From IMG/VR virus record IMGVR_UViG_3300042861_002374: DNA of 58,661 nucleotides; one strand, given 5' to 3'. The translations under genes were made by a program, and so were the position numbers. The notes beneath the pieces were generated by a model, which did no database searches, was not told where the DNA came from, and saw only the letters and a program-made list of their open reading frames with translations. Source of the stretch: an uncultured virus (IMG/VR IMGVR_UViG_3300042861_002374) (lineage: Varidnaviria > Bamfordvirae). Shown piece after piece: positions 41,700-51,593 of this stretch (positions are counted from its first letter, which is position 1; every line of letters begins with the position of its first letter).

Positions 41700-43331
41700 A
41701 TGCTAAATCATTTACCATTAACATTCTGGAAACAATGTGTCTTTTGTAGTCAAGATTTAAAAAATATTTCGGGTGTTTGCTCTGGTACATACAAAATTAT
41801 ACTTTTTCTAAGGCAAAGCAAAGACTTTTCTTTTACATCACGGATAATAAAAATTCCAACAGAATTTATTTATTCAACAAATCTAAACACAATTTTATAT
41901 AGATTTATACAAAAATGGAATCTTCCTAATTTTATATCTGTAAATCATATAGTTTATTTTTCTTCAGGTAAAGCTGAAGAAGTTCATCGAATGTACACTG
42001 TAATTCCGAAAGAATTTTTCATTTCCATTAATTTTACGGGTCGCCAAAGCAAAGACTACAATAATTTGTTAATAAAAACGTTTAAAAGTTTTGATCATAG
42101 ACTTATTAGTCTTAATTTGCAAGATAATGATCTTACTATGTCATCAGCTAAGTCGATGATAGAATGTCTATATCATACTCCATTTTTGAAAGAGTTAAAT
42201 ATTTCAAATAATCGTTTTATTCCTACAGATTTTGTTCAGCTAGCTTCCGCATTATGCATGTTAGATAAATTAACAAATCTTAATATATCAGATAATATAT
42301 TTACTGTAGCCGCAACAAAAGCTCTTATACCCGCTTTTAACTCTATGACATCTTTATTAAAGCTAGACATATCTAAAACTAATATTGGACATATTTCGTT
42401 AGATATTTTGTCAAAAAACATTGTAAATATGACAAAATTAGAATCTCTTAATATAAGTTACAATTGTACAGGAACTGAATCAGCACATGACTGGGCTTTG
42501 ATTCTGCAAAGATTGCCGTCTCTTAAAGAATTTGATATGAGTTTTACCGAGACTGGTGTTGATAAACTAATTGTTCTTTCTCCAATAATATGTAATCTCA
42601 AAAGTCTTAACATTTGTGGTAACCAAATAGGTGAATATTTTGAGACACAAAATTCGGATTTAAAAATGCCAAATCTTGAATTTCTCAATATTTCTCTAAA
42701 TAATATTAAAGACAAAGGAGTTCCTAGATTTTCAAAATCATTAGAAACAATGACGTCTCTTACCAATTTGAGTTTAAAAAACAATCAAATTGAAACAGAA
42801 GGATGTGTTATTCTTTCTTCTTGTATAAAAAATATGAAAAAGTTGACTACTTTAGATATAGGATATCTTGATTGTGATTTGACAATTTTAATATTATCTC
42901 TGTCTTACTTACCAAGTTTAACATATCTTGATATGTCATGTAATGAAAAAATGTCTGATGTAAATGCATTAACTGGTCTTTCTAATTTAGTTTATCTAAA
43001 TATTAGTGATAATAATCTTGGTGAAGAAGGAGCAACTGAATTATCATTACCTCTTTCTAAAATGAGTAGATTAACTTCACTCGATCTCAGTTCAAATTTA
43101 ATATATGATAATGGTCTTATTTCTTTAGTTGAAACTCTTTCTTCTCTTATATATCTCCAAGATATTAAGTTGTCTTATAATGGGATCAAAAACAAAGGAG
43201 TTATTGCTTTAGGAAATCATTTTCAGTTGTTGACTTCATTGCAAACATTAAATTTATTAAAGAATAAAATAAGCAAAGATGGATTTACTTTTTTAAAATC
43301 AAAATTGTCAACTAACAATATTATTATGTAA
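41700..43331 (+). CDS. RNI-like leucine-rich repeat protein
   Basis: ~28-aa repeats LxxLxLxxNxIxxxG. Confidence 0.92.
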   Translation: MLNHLPLTFWKQCVFCSQDLKNISGVCSGTYKIILFLRQSKDFSFTSRIIKIPTEFIYSTNLNTILYRFIQKWNLPNFISVNHIVYFSSGKAEEVHRMYTVIPKEFFISINFTGRQSKDYNNLLIKTFKSFDHRLISLNLQDNDLTMSSAKSMIECLYHTPFLKELNISNNRFIPTDFVQLASALCMLDKLTNLNISDNIFTVAATKALIPAFNSMTSLLKLDISKTNIGHISLDILSKNIVNMTKLESLNISYNCTGTESAHDWALILQRLPSLKEFDMSFTETGVDKLIVLSPIICNLKSLNICGNQIGEYFETQNSDLKMPNLEFLNISLNNIKDKGVPRFSKSLETMTSLTNLSLKNNQIETEGCVILSSCIKNMKKLTTLDIGYLDCDLTILILSLSYLPSLTYLDMSCNEKMSDVNALTGLSNLVYLNISDNNLGEEGATELSLPLSKMSRLTSLDLSSNLIYDNGLISLVETLSSLIYLQDIKLSYNGIKNKGVIALGNHFQLLTSLQTLNLLKNKISKDGFTFLKSKLSTNNIIM

Positions 43332-44262
43332 TTATAAAATTTCCTAATACAATACGCTTATTTTCCTCAATCTCAAAACAGTGATATGATCCTCTGCCTA
43401 TTTGTACTATTCTTATAGCAGATAATAAATGTCCAAACCTTTCAAGATTGTAAGTAGTTTTTCTTCTTATTAAAACTGGTATTTCATTTATGCATCCACA
43501 AGATATACAAACTATATTTTTTTCTCTCAGAAAAACATATAATCCTAAAGATTTTGCAATAAAAAATATATCTTCAAAAAATTTTCCTGATTTTTCTAAT
43601 ATTATTTCGTAATTATTATAAGGTGTTAACCGACCAGACCTGTCAATCATACCTGCAAGTATTTTTAACCTTTGTTCTCTTGAGCTATTTTTGTATTTAT
43701 TTGGAATATGCTTACTATAAAAAAGTTTAAAGTAAGCAATAGTGTTTTTTAAGTTTGAAAAACGATTAGAACCTACCAAAATCTCACCAAATGTATATGG
43801 ATTTATTTCTAATTTTTTTTCAGGGAAATCAAAAGTTGTATAACTTAGTTGAAAATGTTTCTGCCAATAGCGATTTTTATTTTGTTCTATACACACAAAA
43901 ACAGGTAAATCTACAAAATCTGGTATATTATCTAATTCTTTTTTTGCATCTTCGTAAAAATCAAAATTTTTGTGAATTACAGTACCGTTTTTATCACCCC
44001 AAACTAAAAGACAATTATCTCCAGCTGGTATAATATATTTAGAAATTTTAAAAGTCAGATTATGGCCACTGTTTATAACATAATAATCACCTGTTCTTGT
44101 GATGACTTTGAACAGTTCACCATTTTGAGAATTTGTGGTTAGTATTTTTATGCTTGTAGAATCATCTGCCATAATTAAGTCATTTATTTTTATATCTTGC
44201 ACCATTTTAATTGAACCATCAAACATTATAACTGGTGTGTTAACACCTAAACATTTCTTCAT
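43324..44262 (-). CDS. Free-standing intein (Hint + LAGLIDADG endonuclease) without exteins
   Basis: MKK-CLGVNTPVIMFDGSIK, NSGHNLT, INPYTFG, LKILAGMIDRSG, YHCFEIEENKRIVLGNFIIT then stop. Confidence 0.88.
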   Translation of the reverse strand: MKKCLGVNTPVIMFDGSIKMVQDIKINDLIMADDSTSIKILTTNSQNGELFKVITRTGDYYVINSGHNLTFKISKYIIPAGDNCLLVWGDKNGTVIHKNFDFYEDAKKELDNIPDFVDLPVFVCIEQNKNRYWQKHFQLSYTTFDFPEKKLEINPYTFGEILVGSNRFSNLKNTIAYFKLFYSKHIPNKYKNSSREQRLKILAGMIDRSGRLTPYNNYEIILEKSGKFFEDIFFIAKSLGLYVFLREKNIVCISCGCINEIPVLIRRKTTYNLERFGHLLSAIRIVQIGRGSYHCFEIEENKRIVLGNFIIT

Positions 44263-44354
44263 TTACTTATTTTGAAAGAATAATTTTTTTCAAAATGCCT
44301 AATTTACCAACCTAATTCTTTTAATAAAATATAAAAATTATACTTAAACTTACC

Positions 44355-45416
44355 TTAAGCACCAAAATCTCCAAAAACAATTATCTCTCCTGAAGCTGGA
44401 TTCCAAGCTAATTGTTTAAAACCTGTTGGTAATGGTGTACTATTACCTACATCCCTAATTGGTTTGATACATGTTGTATCATTAGGTTGATTAGAATTAC
44501 CAGCATTTTTACCAATTGCAACACAATTTGTTCCTTGATTATTAGCACCAGCATTTTCACCAATTGCAACTGAACCTGCGCCTTGATTACTATTACCGGC
44601 ATTTTTTCCAACTGCAATTGAAAGTGTTTCTTGATTATCATTACCAGCACCTTCACCAATTGCGACTGAACTTGCCTTTTGGTTTTGATAACCAGCACCA
44701 AAACCAATTGCGACTGAACTTGCGCCTTGATTACTATTACCGGCATTTTTTCCAACTGCAACTGAACTTGTGCCTTGTGTATTACAACCAGCTTCGTGAC
44801 CAATTGCAACTGAACTTACCTCTTGGTTTTCATAACCAGCAAAAATACCAATCGCAACTGAACCTGCTTTTTGAAATCTTTGACCAGCAGCTTCACCAAT
44901 TGCAACTGAACTTATGCCTTGTGTTGTTTCACCAGCATAATAACCAATCGCAACTGAACCTGCTTGTTGTCCTGTTTGACCAGCATTTGCACCAATTGCA
45001 ACTGAATTTTGTAGTTGTGTGTTTTGACCAGAATTTTGACCAATTGCAACTGAACTTCCGCCTTGTCCTGTTTGACCAGCACCTTCACCAATTGCCACTG
45101 AACTTAAGCCTTGATTACTATTACCGGCATTTGTACCAATTGCAATTGAATATTCACCTTGTGATGTTTGACCAGCACCTTTACCAATTGCAACTGCTTC
45201 TAAATCTTGATTTGTTCCAGCATCTGTACCAATTGCGATTGATTCATTCGGTTTAACTAAATTAGAACCACTACCTGTTGGACCAATTGATCCTGTTGGA
45301 CCAATTGATCCTGTAGGACCGGTAACTCCATTAGAACCTATTGTTCCAAAATCTAAAATTACTTCTTTGATTATATTAGTCGAAAATCCTTCTATTGAGA
45401 AGAATGGTTCAGTCAT
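44355..45416 (-). CDS. Fibre/adhesin-like protein: short collagen (Gly-X-Y) stretch plus YadA-head-like repeats
   Basis: GPTGSI repeats then about 18 14-aa units SVAIGxxAGxxxQ (42-bp DNA repeats). Confidence 0.85.
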   Translation of the reverse strand: MTEPFFSIEGFSTNIIKEVILDFGTIGSNGVTGPTGSIGPTGSIGPTGSGSNLVKPNESIAIGTDAGTNQDLEAVAIGKGAGQTSQGEYSIAIGTNAGNSNQGLSSVAIGEGAGQTGQGGSSVAIGQNSGQNTQLQNSVAIGANAGQTGQQAGSVAIGYYAGETTQGISSVAIGEAAGQRFQKAGSVAIGIFAGYENQEVSSVAIGHEAGCNTQGTSSVAVGKNAGNSNQGASSVAIGFGAGYQNQKASSVAIGEGAGNDNQETLSIAVGKNAGNSNQGAGSVAIGENAGANNQGTNCVAIGKNAGNSNQPNDTTCIKPIRDVGNSTPLPTGFKQLAWNPASGEIIVFGDFGA

Positions 45417-45439
45417 TTATATATAATAAATATTTTTTT

Positions 45440-46261
45440 TTATAATGTGAGTGATTCACGAACATCAAGAATATATTTAATCAGATTTTTTTGCTTTGTG
45501 AAAGACATAATTGGAAATGTTTTTACAGTATCAACTACACTAGTTTCAAATATAAATTCTGAAATTTTAATATATATAAATCCTTGACTTAGTTCAACTT
45601 GAAGTTCCGAATTTGATTTTTGTTTACATTCTATGCCTAATTTGCCTAATTTTAACTTTAAACAAGAAATGGGAGATTGTTCAGATTCTTTGTATCTTGT
45701 ATCACAATTGTATACTTTAGAGTTCCAAGATAAATAGGTAGAAGAGGAAGAAAGGTCACATGGGCGTATTATGCTCCAATCAGTATTGCTATCAAGCCAT
45801 CCTAGTTGAGTAAAAATATATCCTATGAATGCAGAACACCAAAATCTGTCTGTCTTTTGTGGCTTAATATCTAAGCGCAGTGTCGCAAGAAGCCAATCAG
45901 AAAGACACATGTCGTATGGTTTCAAAAAAACATCTGCATGAATTTTTTGTAAAATTTTGTCTGGTATCAAAGTTTTGCATTTTCTTACATAAATATTATT
46001 TTCTTTAGAGAGAACTACTGAAATAGGAGTTAGTCTAACTCCAATATTTTTTTTCCCTGTTTCCGGATTTGCACATGCCTCATACCCACATTCCCATAAG
46101 TATGTTCCGCTAGAAACTAAAAAAGGAGGATCGACAAGTACTAGACCAACGTGTACATAAGGAGAGCTAGTAAAATACTCAATAGCTTTATCTATCAACC
46201 ACCATTCTGTCAAAGATTTTGTTTCAGTAAACAACATAAGATCTCCAGTTTCAAGATACAT
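45440..46261 (-). CDS. Permuted papain-like NlpC/P60 enzyme (YiiX/G6R-like)
   Basis: LETGDLMLF, YVHVGLV, KPYD, FWCSAFIG; first ATG at 46261. Confidence 0.82.
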   Translation of the reverse strand: MYLETGDLMLFTETKSLTEWWLIDKAIEYFTSSPYVHVGLVLVDPPFLVSSGTYLWECGYEACANPETGKKNIGVRLTPISVVLSKENNIYVRKCKTLIPDKILQKIHADVFLKPYDMCLSDWLLATLRLDIKPQKTDRFWCSAFIGYIFTQLGWLDSNTDWSIIRPCDLSSSSTYLSWNSKVYNCDTRYKESEQSPISCLKLKLGKLGIECKQKSNSELQVELSQGFIYIKISEFIFETSVVDTVKTFPIMSFTKQKNLIKYILDVRESLTL

Positions 46262-46337
46262 TTTATTTATAGTAGTAATAAAATATTTTGTAAGTATAAA
46301 TTTGATTTTTATGAAAGTCTGGTTATAAAAAGAAGAA

Positions 46338-46754
46338 ATGTTTAAAGATGTATTTGATATGGAAATTAATATTTCTCTAGATTGCAAATCAGATTCAAAA
46401 ATATGTGAACTACGTGAAGATTTGAAAGAAACTTTTGAATTGTTTTGCGAAAAAGTAGATGAGTGTATTTATAATAAAGAAGAGTTACATAATTTGTTCT
46501 ATAATTTTAAAACTAGTTTTTATCCTCACAAAGAAAAATTTTCTGATATTTGCATTGCCATTGAAGATTCTATTTTATTAACCGATGACGAAATAAATGA
46601 CATTTTGGGTATCATGAAACTTGACCTGGAGAATATGTTTTTTTCAAATGATGAAATTTTTTACGACAATGAACACATTAAAGATATTATGAATAAAAAG
46701 TTTTTATCATTTGATAAAAAACTTACAGAGCTTTATGAAAAAATAAATACGTAA
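46338..46754 (+). CDS. Acidic hypothetical protein
   Basis: 138-aa ORF with promoter-like AAATTTGA 32 nt upstream. Confidence 0.65.
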   Translation: MFKDVFDMEINISLDCKSDSKICELREDLKETFELFCEKVDECIYNKEELHNLFYNFKTSFYPHKEKFSDICIAIEDSILLTDDEINDILGIMKLDLENMFFSNDEIFYDNEHIKDIMNKKFLSFDKKLTELYEKINT

Positions 46755-47249
46755 AAATAATTTTTAGGCTAAATTTGAGAAATAGGGTTCAATTAATTTT
46801 TTATTTTCTCAATTTTACCACAACTAATATTCAATTTGTTATTCCATTTAATATTCAGACAATCACACATATGACTAATCATTATAATATTTTTATCTTT
46901 GAACATTTCAGTAATTAGAGCTTGACAGTAAAATCAAGTTATTTGTGATGTATAATTAATTATCACTGTTTGACAAAATTCTTGTATCAATTATAATTTC
47001 ACATATTTGTCAGGTGTCTCTTCCTAAACAGATCATTTTCTTTCCTACAAAATGTTTTTTTGCTTGTTCATAAACAAAAAGTACAAGTTTCGTTTGAACA
47101 TGTTCTTACTATCAGAGAATTGTATGCAAAAATTTAGATATTGATTTTTATACATGTTTACTATTTTTATTGAACATGTAACTTAATTTAAATTTTCATC
47201 ACATAAAAAAAATTGATTTTTTTTATCAAAATTTCATATTAAATGAAAC

Positions 47250-47903
47250 ATGTCAATCATGTATGGTGATAGAAATTTTTTAGAAGAAAACAAGTTTATG
47301 AGGCTTCCAGATGGTCGCATTGCTTTTTTCACAGAAAAAAAAACTTGGAGAGACGTATTGAAGAATGGACTTCCTCTTGATGAATATTTAGACCGTCAAA
47401 CATTCACTCCAAAGATCTCTTTCGAATTCAAAACTCCAAAAAGACGTTAAAGAAAAAATAAAGAAGATCTGAATGATTACGACAGATGCGACATGTGTTG
47501 CAATCCTCTTGACAAGATGACTTTCGTCACACGAAGAGGAAGAAAACAAGTGTTTTGTTCGATATGTACTCAAAATAATCACGAAGGTAATATTATAGAT
47601 AAGTTTAAAGTCATTCAAAATCATATTTTAGATGTTAATGCAATCTTATACTTATTAAATGAGGATGTTCTACCTATAGAATATTTTGGTATTCATATTA
47701 AATATATGACAGATACATGGAAGTCATACATTGGAAATGAAGTAATCAAACAAATATTTGACATGATGAAAAAATGGCGTACTATATATAGTGGTGATAT
47801 CAATGTTTTAAAACTAGTAAAAAAATTACTTCTGCTTAAGAGATTATTAATGGATGAGATGGTTTTTCTTAAAAATATTATAGAAGAAAATCAACCTTGG
47901 TAA
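47250..47903 (+). pseudogene. Single gene split by one in-frame TAA at 47448-47450 (zinc-ribbon protein)
   Basis: ORFs 47250-47450 and 47493-47903 share a frame with open codons between; CDMC...CSIC begins before the second ATG. Confidence 0.7.
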
Positions 47904-48074
47904 TGATATAGTTATTAAAACAACACAAAAATGTGTTGTTTTTAAAGTAATTGAACAATCAAATATATAAGTTCTAATGCTCTAGGTATTACAGTTGTAA
48001 TAACTACTACTTTCGGCGTATTGTATAAATAGTCATAAAGTTGTGTTGCTTAAAAAAAAAGATAATACTAATAA

Positions 48075-49076
48075 ATGGAAATTATAAGAAAATTATTTGT
48101 AGAAGGAATAAAACCATATACTGATACGTTTAATAATTTATCTAGTTGCTTGATAAATTCGAGTCTTTTAGCTGATACTTTATTAGCATTACAAAAAATT
48201 AACCCAATATATACTCGTGTTAACACAAAAAAATTTTTGTCTCATTATATAGTGTATTACTTCCCAAATGAAGTTGTTGGTGACACAGGTAATATAGCAG
48301 AATCCCTAATTAAAGCATCCCAAATTCTTTATAATATTCATACCAATACATTGGAAAATGAATGTTCTACTTTTGAATTTGTAAATGCTTTAGATGAATA
48401 TATTTTATCTTTTACTGAATGGCAAAAATTTGATAAAGAAAAACTAGCACTAACATATCGTGATGCTTATCGTTTATTATCTGAAATTAAAGTATCTTCT
48501 CCAATTGAAATAAAAGAACCTATTGAAAAACTTCAGAATACTATTGATAAGCATACTACTCAAATTTTTGGAAATGATGCACAAAAAATATTAGAAATTG
48601 ATCAAAATCAAGAAATACACAAAGATATATTACGAATAGAAAAATTTGTTTATGATTCTTTACATAATTTATACTGGCAGGATATGACAAAACAATTAGA
48701 AGAAAACTGTTTTGAAAATGTATGCACTGTAATTGAAGATGTAAAACTTTGTATGCTATCACTATGCCAAAAAAATAAGTGTAAAAGTGATGAAATACAA
48801 GAATTCTTAGATGTCGCATTTCTAAAAAACGTCTTGAACGTCGGAATGGCGCAAAAACAAGTTAAAAGTCTACTTAAATATTGTTTGACATTTTTACGCG
48901 AATACGGACAACCTTGTCATGATTCGGAAATTGATGAATTAATTAACACTACTTATTTACTATATACATCAGAAGTTGAAAACAGTATTCAATTGCTGGT
49001 AAATATTATTCGGGAAATAGCTAGTCGTATAAATATTTTAGTATCTGTTGTTTATGAATTTGCATCTATTGTCTGA
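48075..49076 (+). CDS. TCP11-like protein
   Basis: KKFLSHYIVYYFPNEV, F.EWQ.FDK, LH..YW, EIQEFLD, P.HD.E. Confidence 0.7.
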   Translation: MEIIRKLFVEGIKPYTDTFNNLSSCLINSSLLADTLLALQKINPIYTRVNTKKFLSHYIVYYFPNEVVGDTGNIAESLIKASQILYNIHTNTLENECSTFEFVNALDEYILSFTEWQKFDKEKLALTYRDAYRLLSEIKVSSPIEIKEPIEKLQNTIDKHTTQIFGNDAQKILEIDQNQEIHKDILRIEKFVYDSLHNLYWQDMTKQLEENCFENVCTVIEDVKLCMLSLCQKNKCKSDEIQEFLDVAFLKNVLNVGMAQKQVKSLLKYCLTFLREYGQPCHDSEIDELINTTYLLYTSEVENSIQLLVNIIREIASRINILVSVVYEFASIV

Positions 49077-49148
49077 AAAATTATTGGATAAGTTTAAGCG
49101 ATCCAGATTCCAAAGATCAATAACAATTAATTTTTTATCTGATAATAA

Positions 49149-49292
49149 ATGCACGTGTGGGTAAAAAAAATTAGTAGTACAACTGGAAAACCTTACTACG
49201 TAAATATATTTACTCGCGAGTCAGTCTGGCATGTGCCAAAGAATGAATCTCGTTTATCACCTATTAGTGAATTAGACGAAGATAATTTTTAA
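49149..49292 (+). CDS. Stand-alone WW-domain microprotein, 47 aa (absent from ORF track)
   Basis: MHVWVKKISSTTGKPYYVNIFTRESVWHVP: W..YY.N..T..S.W..P consensus. Confidence 0.85.
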   Translation: MHVWVKKISSTTGKPYYVNIFTRESVWHVPKNESRLSPISELDEDNF

Positions 49293-49335
49293 AAAATTGA
49301 TATTTTAAAACAATATCATTTTAAAATAACAAAAA

Positions 49336-49848
49336 ATGGAAAACAATTGTCTTGGTGCTACAAATGATTTACACCAACTGCTTGCAGGTGTATTACCTAG
49401 AGAACATGGATTTGAATTTTTTGCCACTGATATGGAAAAAGATACGTATTTTGAAATACTTTTTCCTAAAGACTCTCCTATACGAGATCAAAAAATTGAA
49501 AGACTCATGTTACATGTTGTGCCATTTGAAGATAACACACGTATAAGACTTGAAATGAAATCGAGACATGGTAAAAAGATTATTTCACCTTCCTTGGGAT
49601 ATGAACATGGAGAAAAAATCTTTATAACTAAAGAGAGTGTTTTAGATGAATGCATTCGCCTTGCATGGAATCCTGTACCAAGTGTTATTCCTCAACTCAT
49701 AAAATCAAATGGTGAATGTTCTGTTTGCCTTATAGAAGGATCAGTTGTCGAATGGCCGTGTCATTCTTCACATGTTACTTGTGAAGAGTGTTTTCTAAAA
49801 ATAACATCTCGTAACTCTAGATGTCCATTGTGTAGAAAGGCTATATAA
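49336..49848 (+). CDS. RING-finger protein
   Basis: CSVC...PCHSSHVTCEEC...CPLCR. Confidence 0.9.
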   Translation: MENNCLGATNDLHQLLAGVLPREHGFEFFATDMEKDTYFEILFPKDSPIRDQKIERLMLHVVPFEDNTRIRLEMKSRHGKKIISPSLGYEHGEKIFITKESVLDECIRLAWNPVPSVIPQLIKSNGECSVCLIEGSVVEWPCHSSHVTCEECFLKITSRNSRCPLCRKAI

Positions 49849-49854
49849 GAATTT

Positions 49855-50028
49855 TTAGTCTATTTCACAAATAACATCGTGTTTTTTACAGTTTATACGA
49901 TGAACACTCCAATCGACTTTTTGACAATCTCTTGAACAATAACGAGCTTTCTTGCATTGCTGACATTTTTTCATTTTATAGCTTGTTACATCGCATTGTG
50001 GATTATAGCACTTATGTGTCATTTTCAT
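49855..50028 (-). CDS. Stand-alone MYND zinc-finger microprotein, 57 aa (absent from ORF track)
   Basis: CYNPQC...KCQQCKKARYCSRDCQKVDWSVHRINC. Confidence 0.9.
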   Translation of the reverse strand: MKMTHKCYNPQCDVTSYKMKKCQQCKKARYCSRDCQKVDWSVHRINCKKHDVICEID

Positions 50029-50104
50029 ACTTTTTATACTCTAAACTTTAGATAACAATTCACAATACAAAAGTATTGTGAAACTATTAATTGTTTTAGT
50101 ATAC

Positions 50105-50956
50105 TTAACATTTTTCAGGTTGTTTTTCTTTCAATTTAAATTCTTTTAATGTTTCAACATCATTCTTAATGACAATATCAATAGAGTATCTATAAACAGA
50201 TACAGTGACAATCACGTTATCTCGACCCTTTGTTATAATATCATTCGTAAAAATTTCATGTCGTTGTTTATATTTGGTTTCAAATGTTTTACCAGCTAAA
50301 GTAGTTGAAATAGTCCTGTTATTATAATTAATAATAATATTTATAATATTAGGTAAAGTGCCAAACGCAGAAATAGCTGCTTCAAGTTTAACGTGGTTAC
50401 AGTCATACTCTACATTTGTTATAAGAGTTTTTGCATGCTCTTCAAGAATTTGGGATTGTTCTTTTGTTTTATCGTCTTTCGATACAAAAGCTTCCGAATT
50501 TAAAAGATCAGGTATTTCTTTTGGTTTATATATAAAGTTTAGCAAGTTATCAAACGATGAAGAGTAAATTATTCTATATTTAGTCTCATTTCCAGTATCT
50601 TCATAAAGATTTCGACACTTTAGTACCAATTTGATGTACATATAAAAAACTTGATCGGCGATATCTGTGATTTTGATAAAGCAAGTTCCTTTTGTTATAT
50701 GCTTTTGCTCAGTTGTTGATGCAAAAAGTTTCAGATAAAGCAATTCTTTTTGATAATCATCTAACTTAATAAAATTGCTATCTGCATTGAAAGTAAAATT
50801 ATTTGGTTCTTTTATCAATTTTTGTACATTAAATATGCTGTAAACACTTTCTTGATCACCAAATCTTTTTCCGGTTAATAAGATTGGTGGAATAGGCACT
50901 CTTTCTCTTTTTAAAATTTCATCAAGTACAAAATCGAGTGATGATCTTTTGTTCAT
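50105..50956 (-). CDS. Hypothetical protein
   Basis: 283-aa ORF. Confidence 0.7.
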   Translation of the reverse strand: MNKRSSLDFVLDEILKRERVPIPPILLTGKRFGDQESVYSIFNVQKLIKEPNNFTFNADSNFIKLDDYQKELLYLKLFASTTEQKHITKGTCFIKITDIADQVFYMYIKLVLKCRNLYEDTGNETKYRIIYSSSFDNLLNFIYKPKEIPDLLNSEAFVSKDDKTKEQSQILEEHAKTLITNVEYDCNHVKLEAAISAFGTLPNIINIIINYNNRTISTTLAGKTFETKYKQRHEIFTNDIITKGRDNVIVTVSVYRYSIDIVIKNDVETLKEFKLKEKQPEKC

Positions 50957-51027
50957 TTTAAGTCTTTTATTATATAATAAAAGACTTCATCTTTAAATTG
51001 CAACTAATTTTTATCTTTTAGAATTTT

Positions 51028-51507
51028 TTATTCTGACCATCCTAGTATAATGGTGTCAATCGAGTTCGGATCCATCTTTTCCAATTCGAGGTAATCTCTG
51101 TATCCGATCCGACATTCTCTCATTTTTTCGACTGTCAAATTGACAGTTCCATTGACTAACAAATCACGTAACAATTTCATTTGCATTAAGCATGATCCTC
51201 CACATGTCAAAAACATATGTGTTCCGTAATGTCCAGCTGTGTGATATACTATTTCTGAATCGTACCACCGTTGGAAAAAAATTGTAAATAAACGAATTTT
51301 GTTTCCACTGGTTTGCACTTCAGATTTGAAAACAATAAACTTTCTACCAGCAGCATCTTTACCTTTCATAACGTCAGATTCTCCTAACTCATCGGGCTTA
51401 ATAAAGTCTATATACGAAGTCCAACCAGACCTTTTTTCAATATCCAATTCAGGACAATTTGTTTGGAATATTTCGTCTATCATTTCTTGAATTTTGTCGT
51501 CATGCAT
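51028..51507 (-). CDS. Hypothetical protein
   Basis: 159-aa ORF; GWTSYIDFI..MKGKD..GRKF..FQR pattern recalls uncharacterised NCLDV proteins. Confidence 0.7.
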   Translation of the reverse strand: MHDDKIQEMIDEIFQTNCPELDIEKRSGWTSYIDFIKPDELGESDVMKGKDAAGRKFIVFKSEVQTSGNKIRLFTIFFQRWYDSEIVYHTAGHYGTHMFLTCGGSCLMQMKLLRDLLVNGTVNLTVEKMRECRIGYRDYLELEKMDPNSIDTIILGWSE

Positions 51508-51593
51508 AATTTGAGTAGTTATTATGTCATATTATTTTTTTAAATAAGATGATGATAGGCTTAACTAGAACATTAGTTCTCATTTCTAAGGTG

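Noticed and set aside
44447..45256. Overlapping 120-aa and 230-aa ORFs
   Set aside because: Shadow frames created by the 42-bp repeats
46790..47160. Possible decayed minus-strand gene
   Set aside because: Only short open stretches and no recognisable motif
48792..48807. Possible in-window target of the omega-RNA guide (GAAATACAAGAATTCT)
   Set aside because: Matches only the distal part of the putative guide, not the seed; likely chance similarity (EIQEF versus EMQEF)
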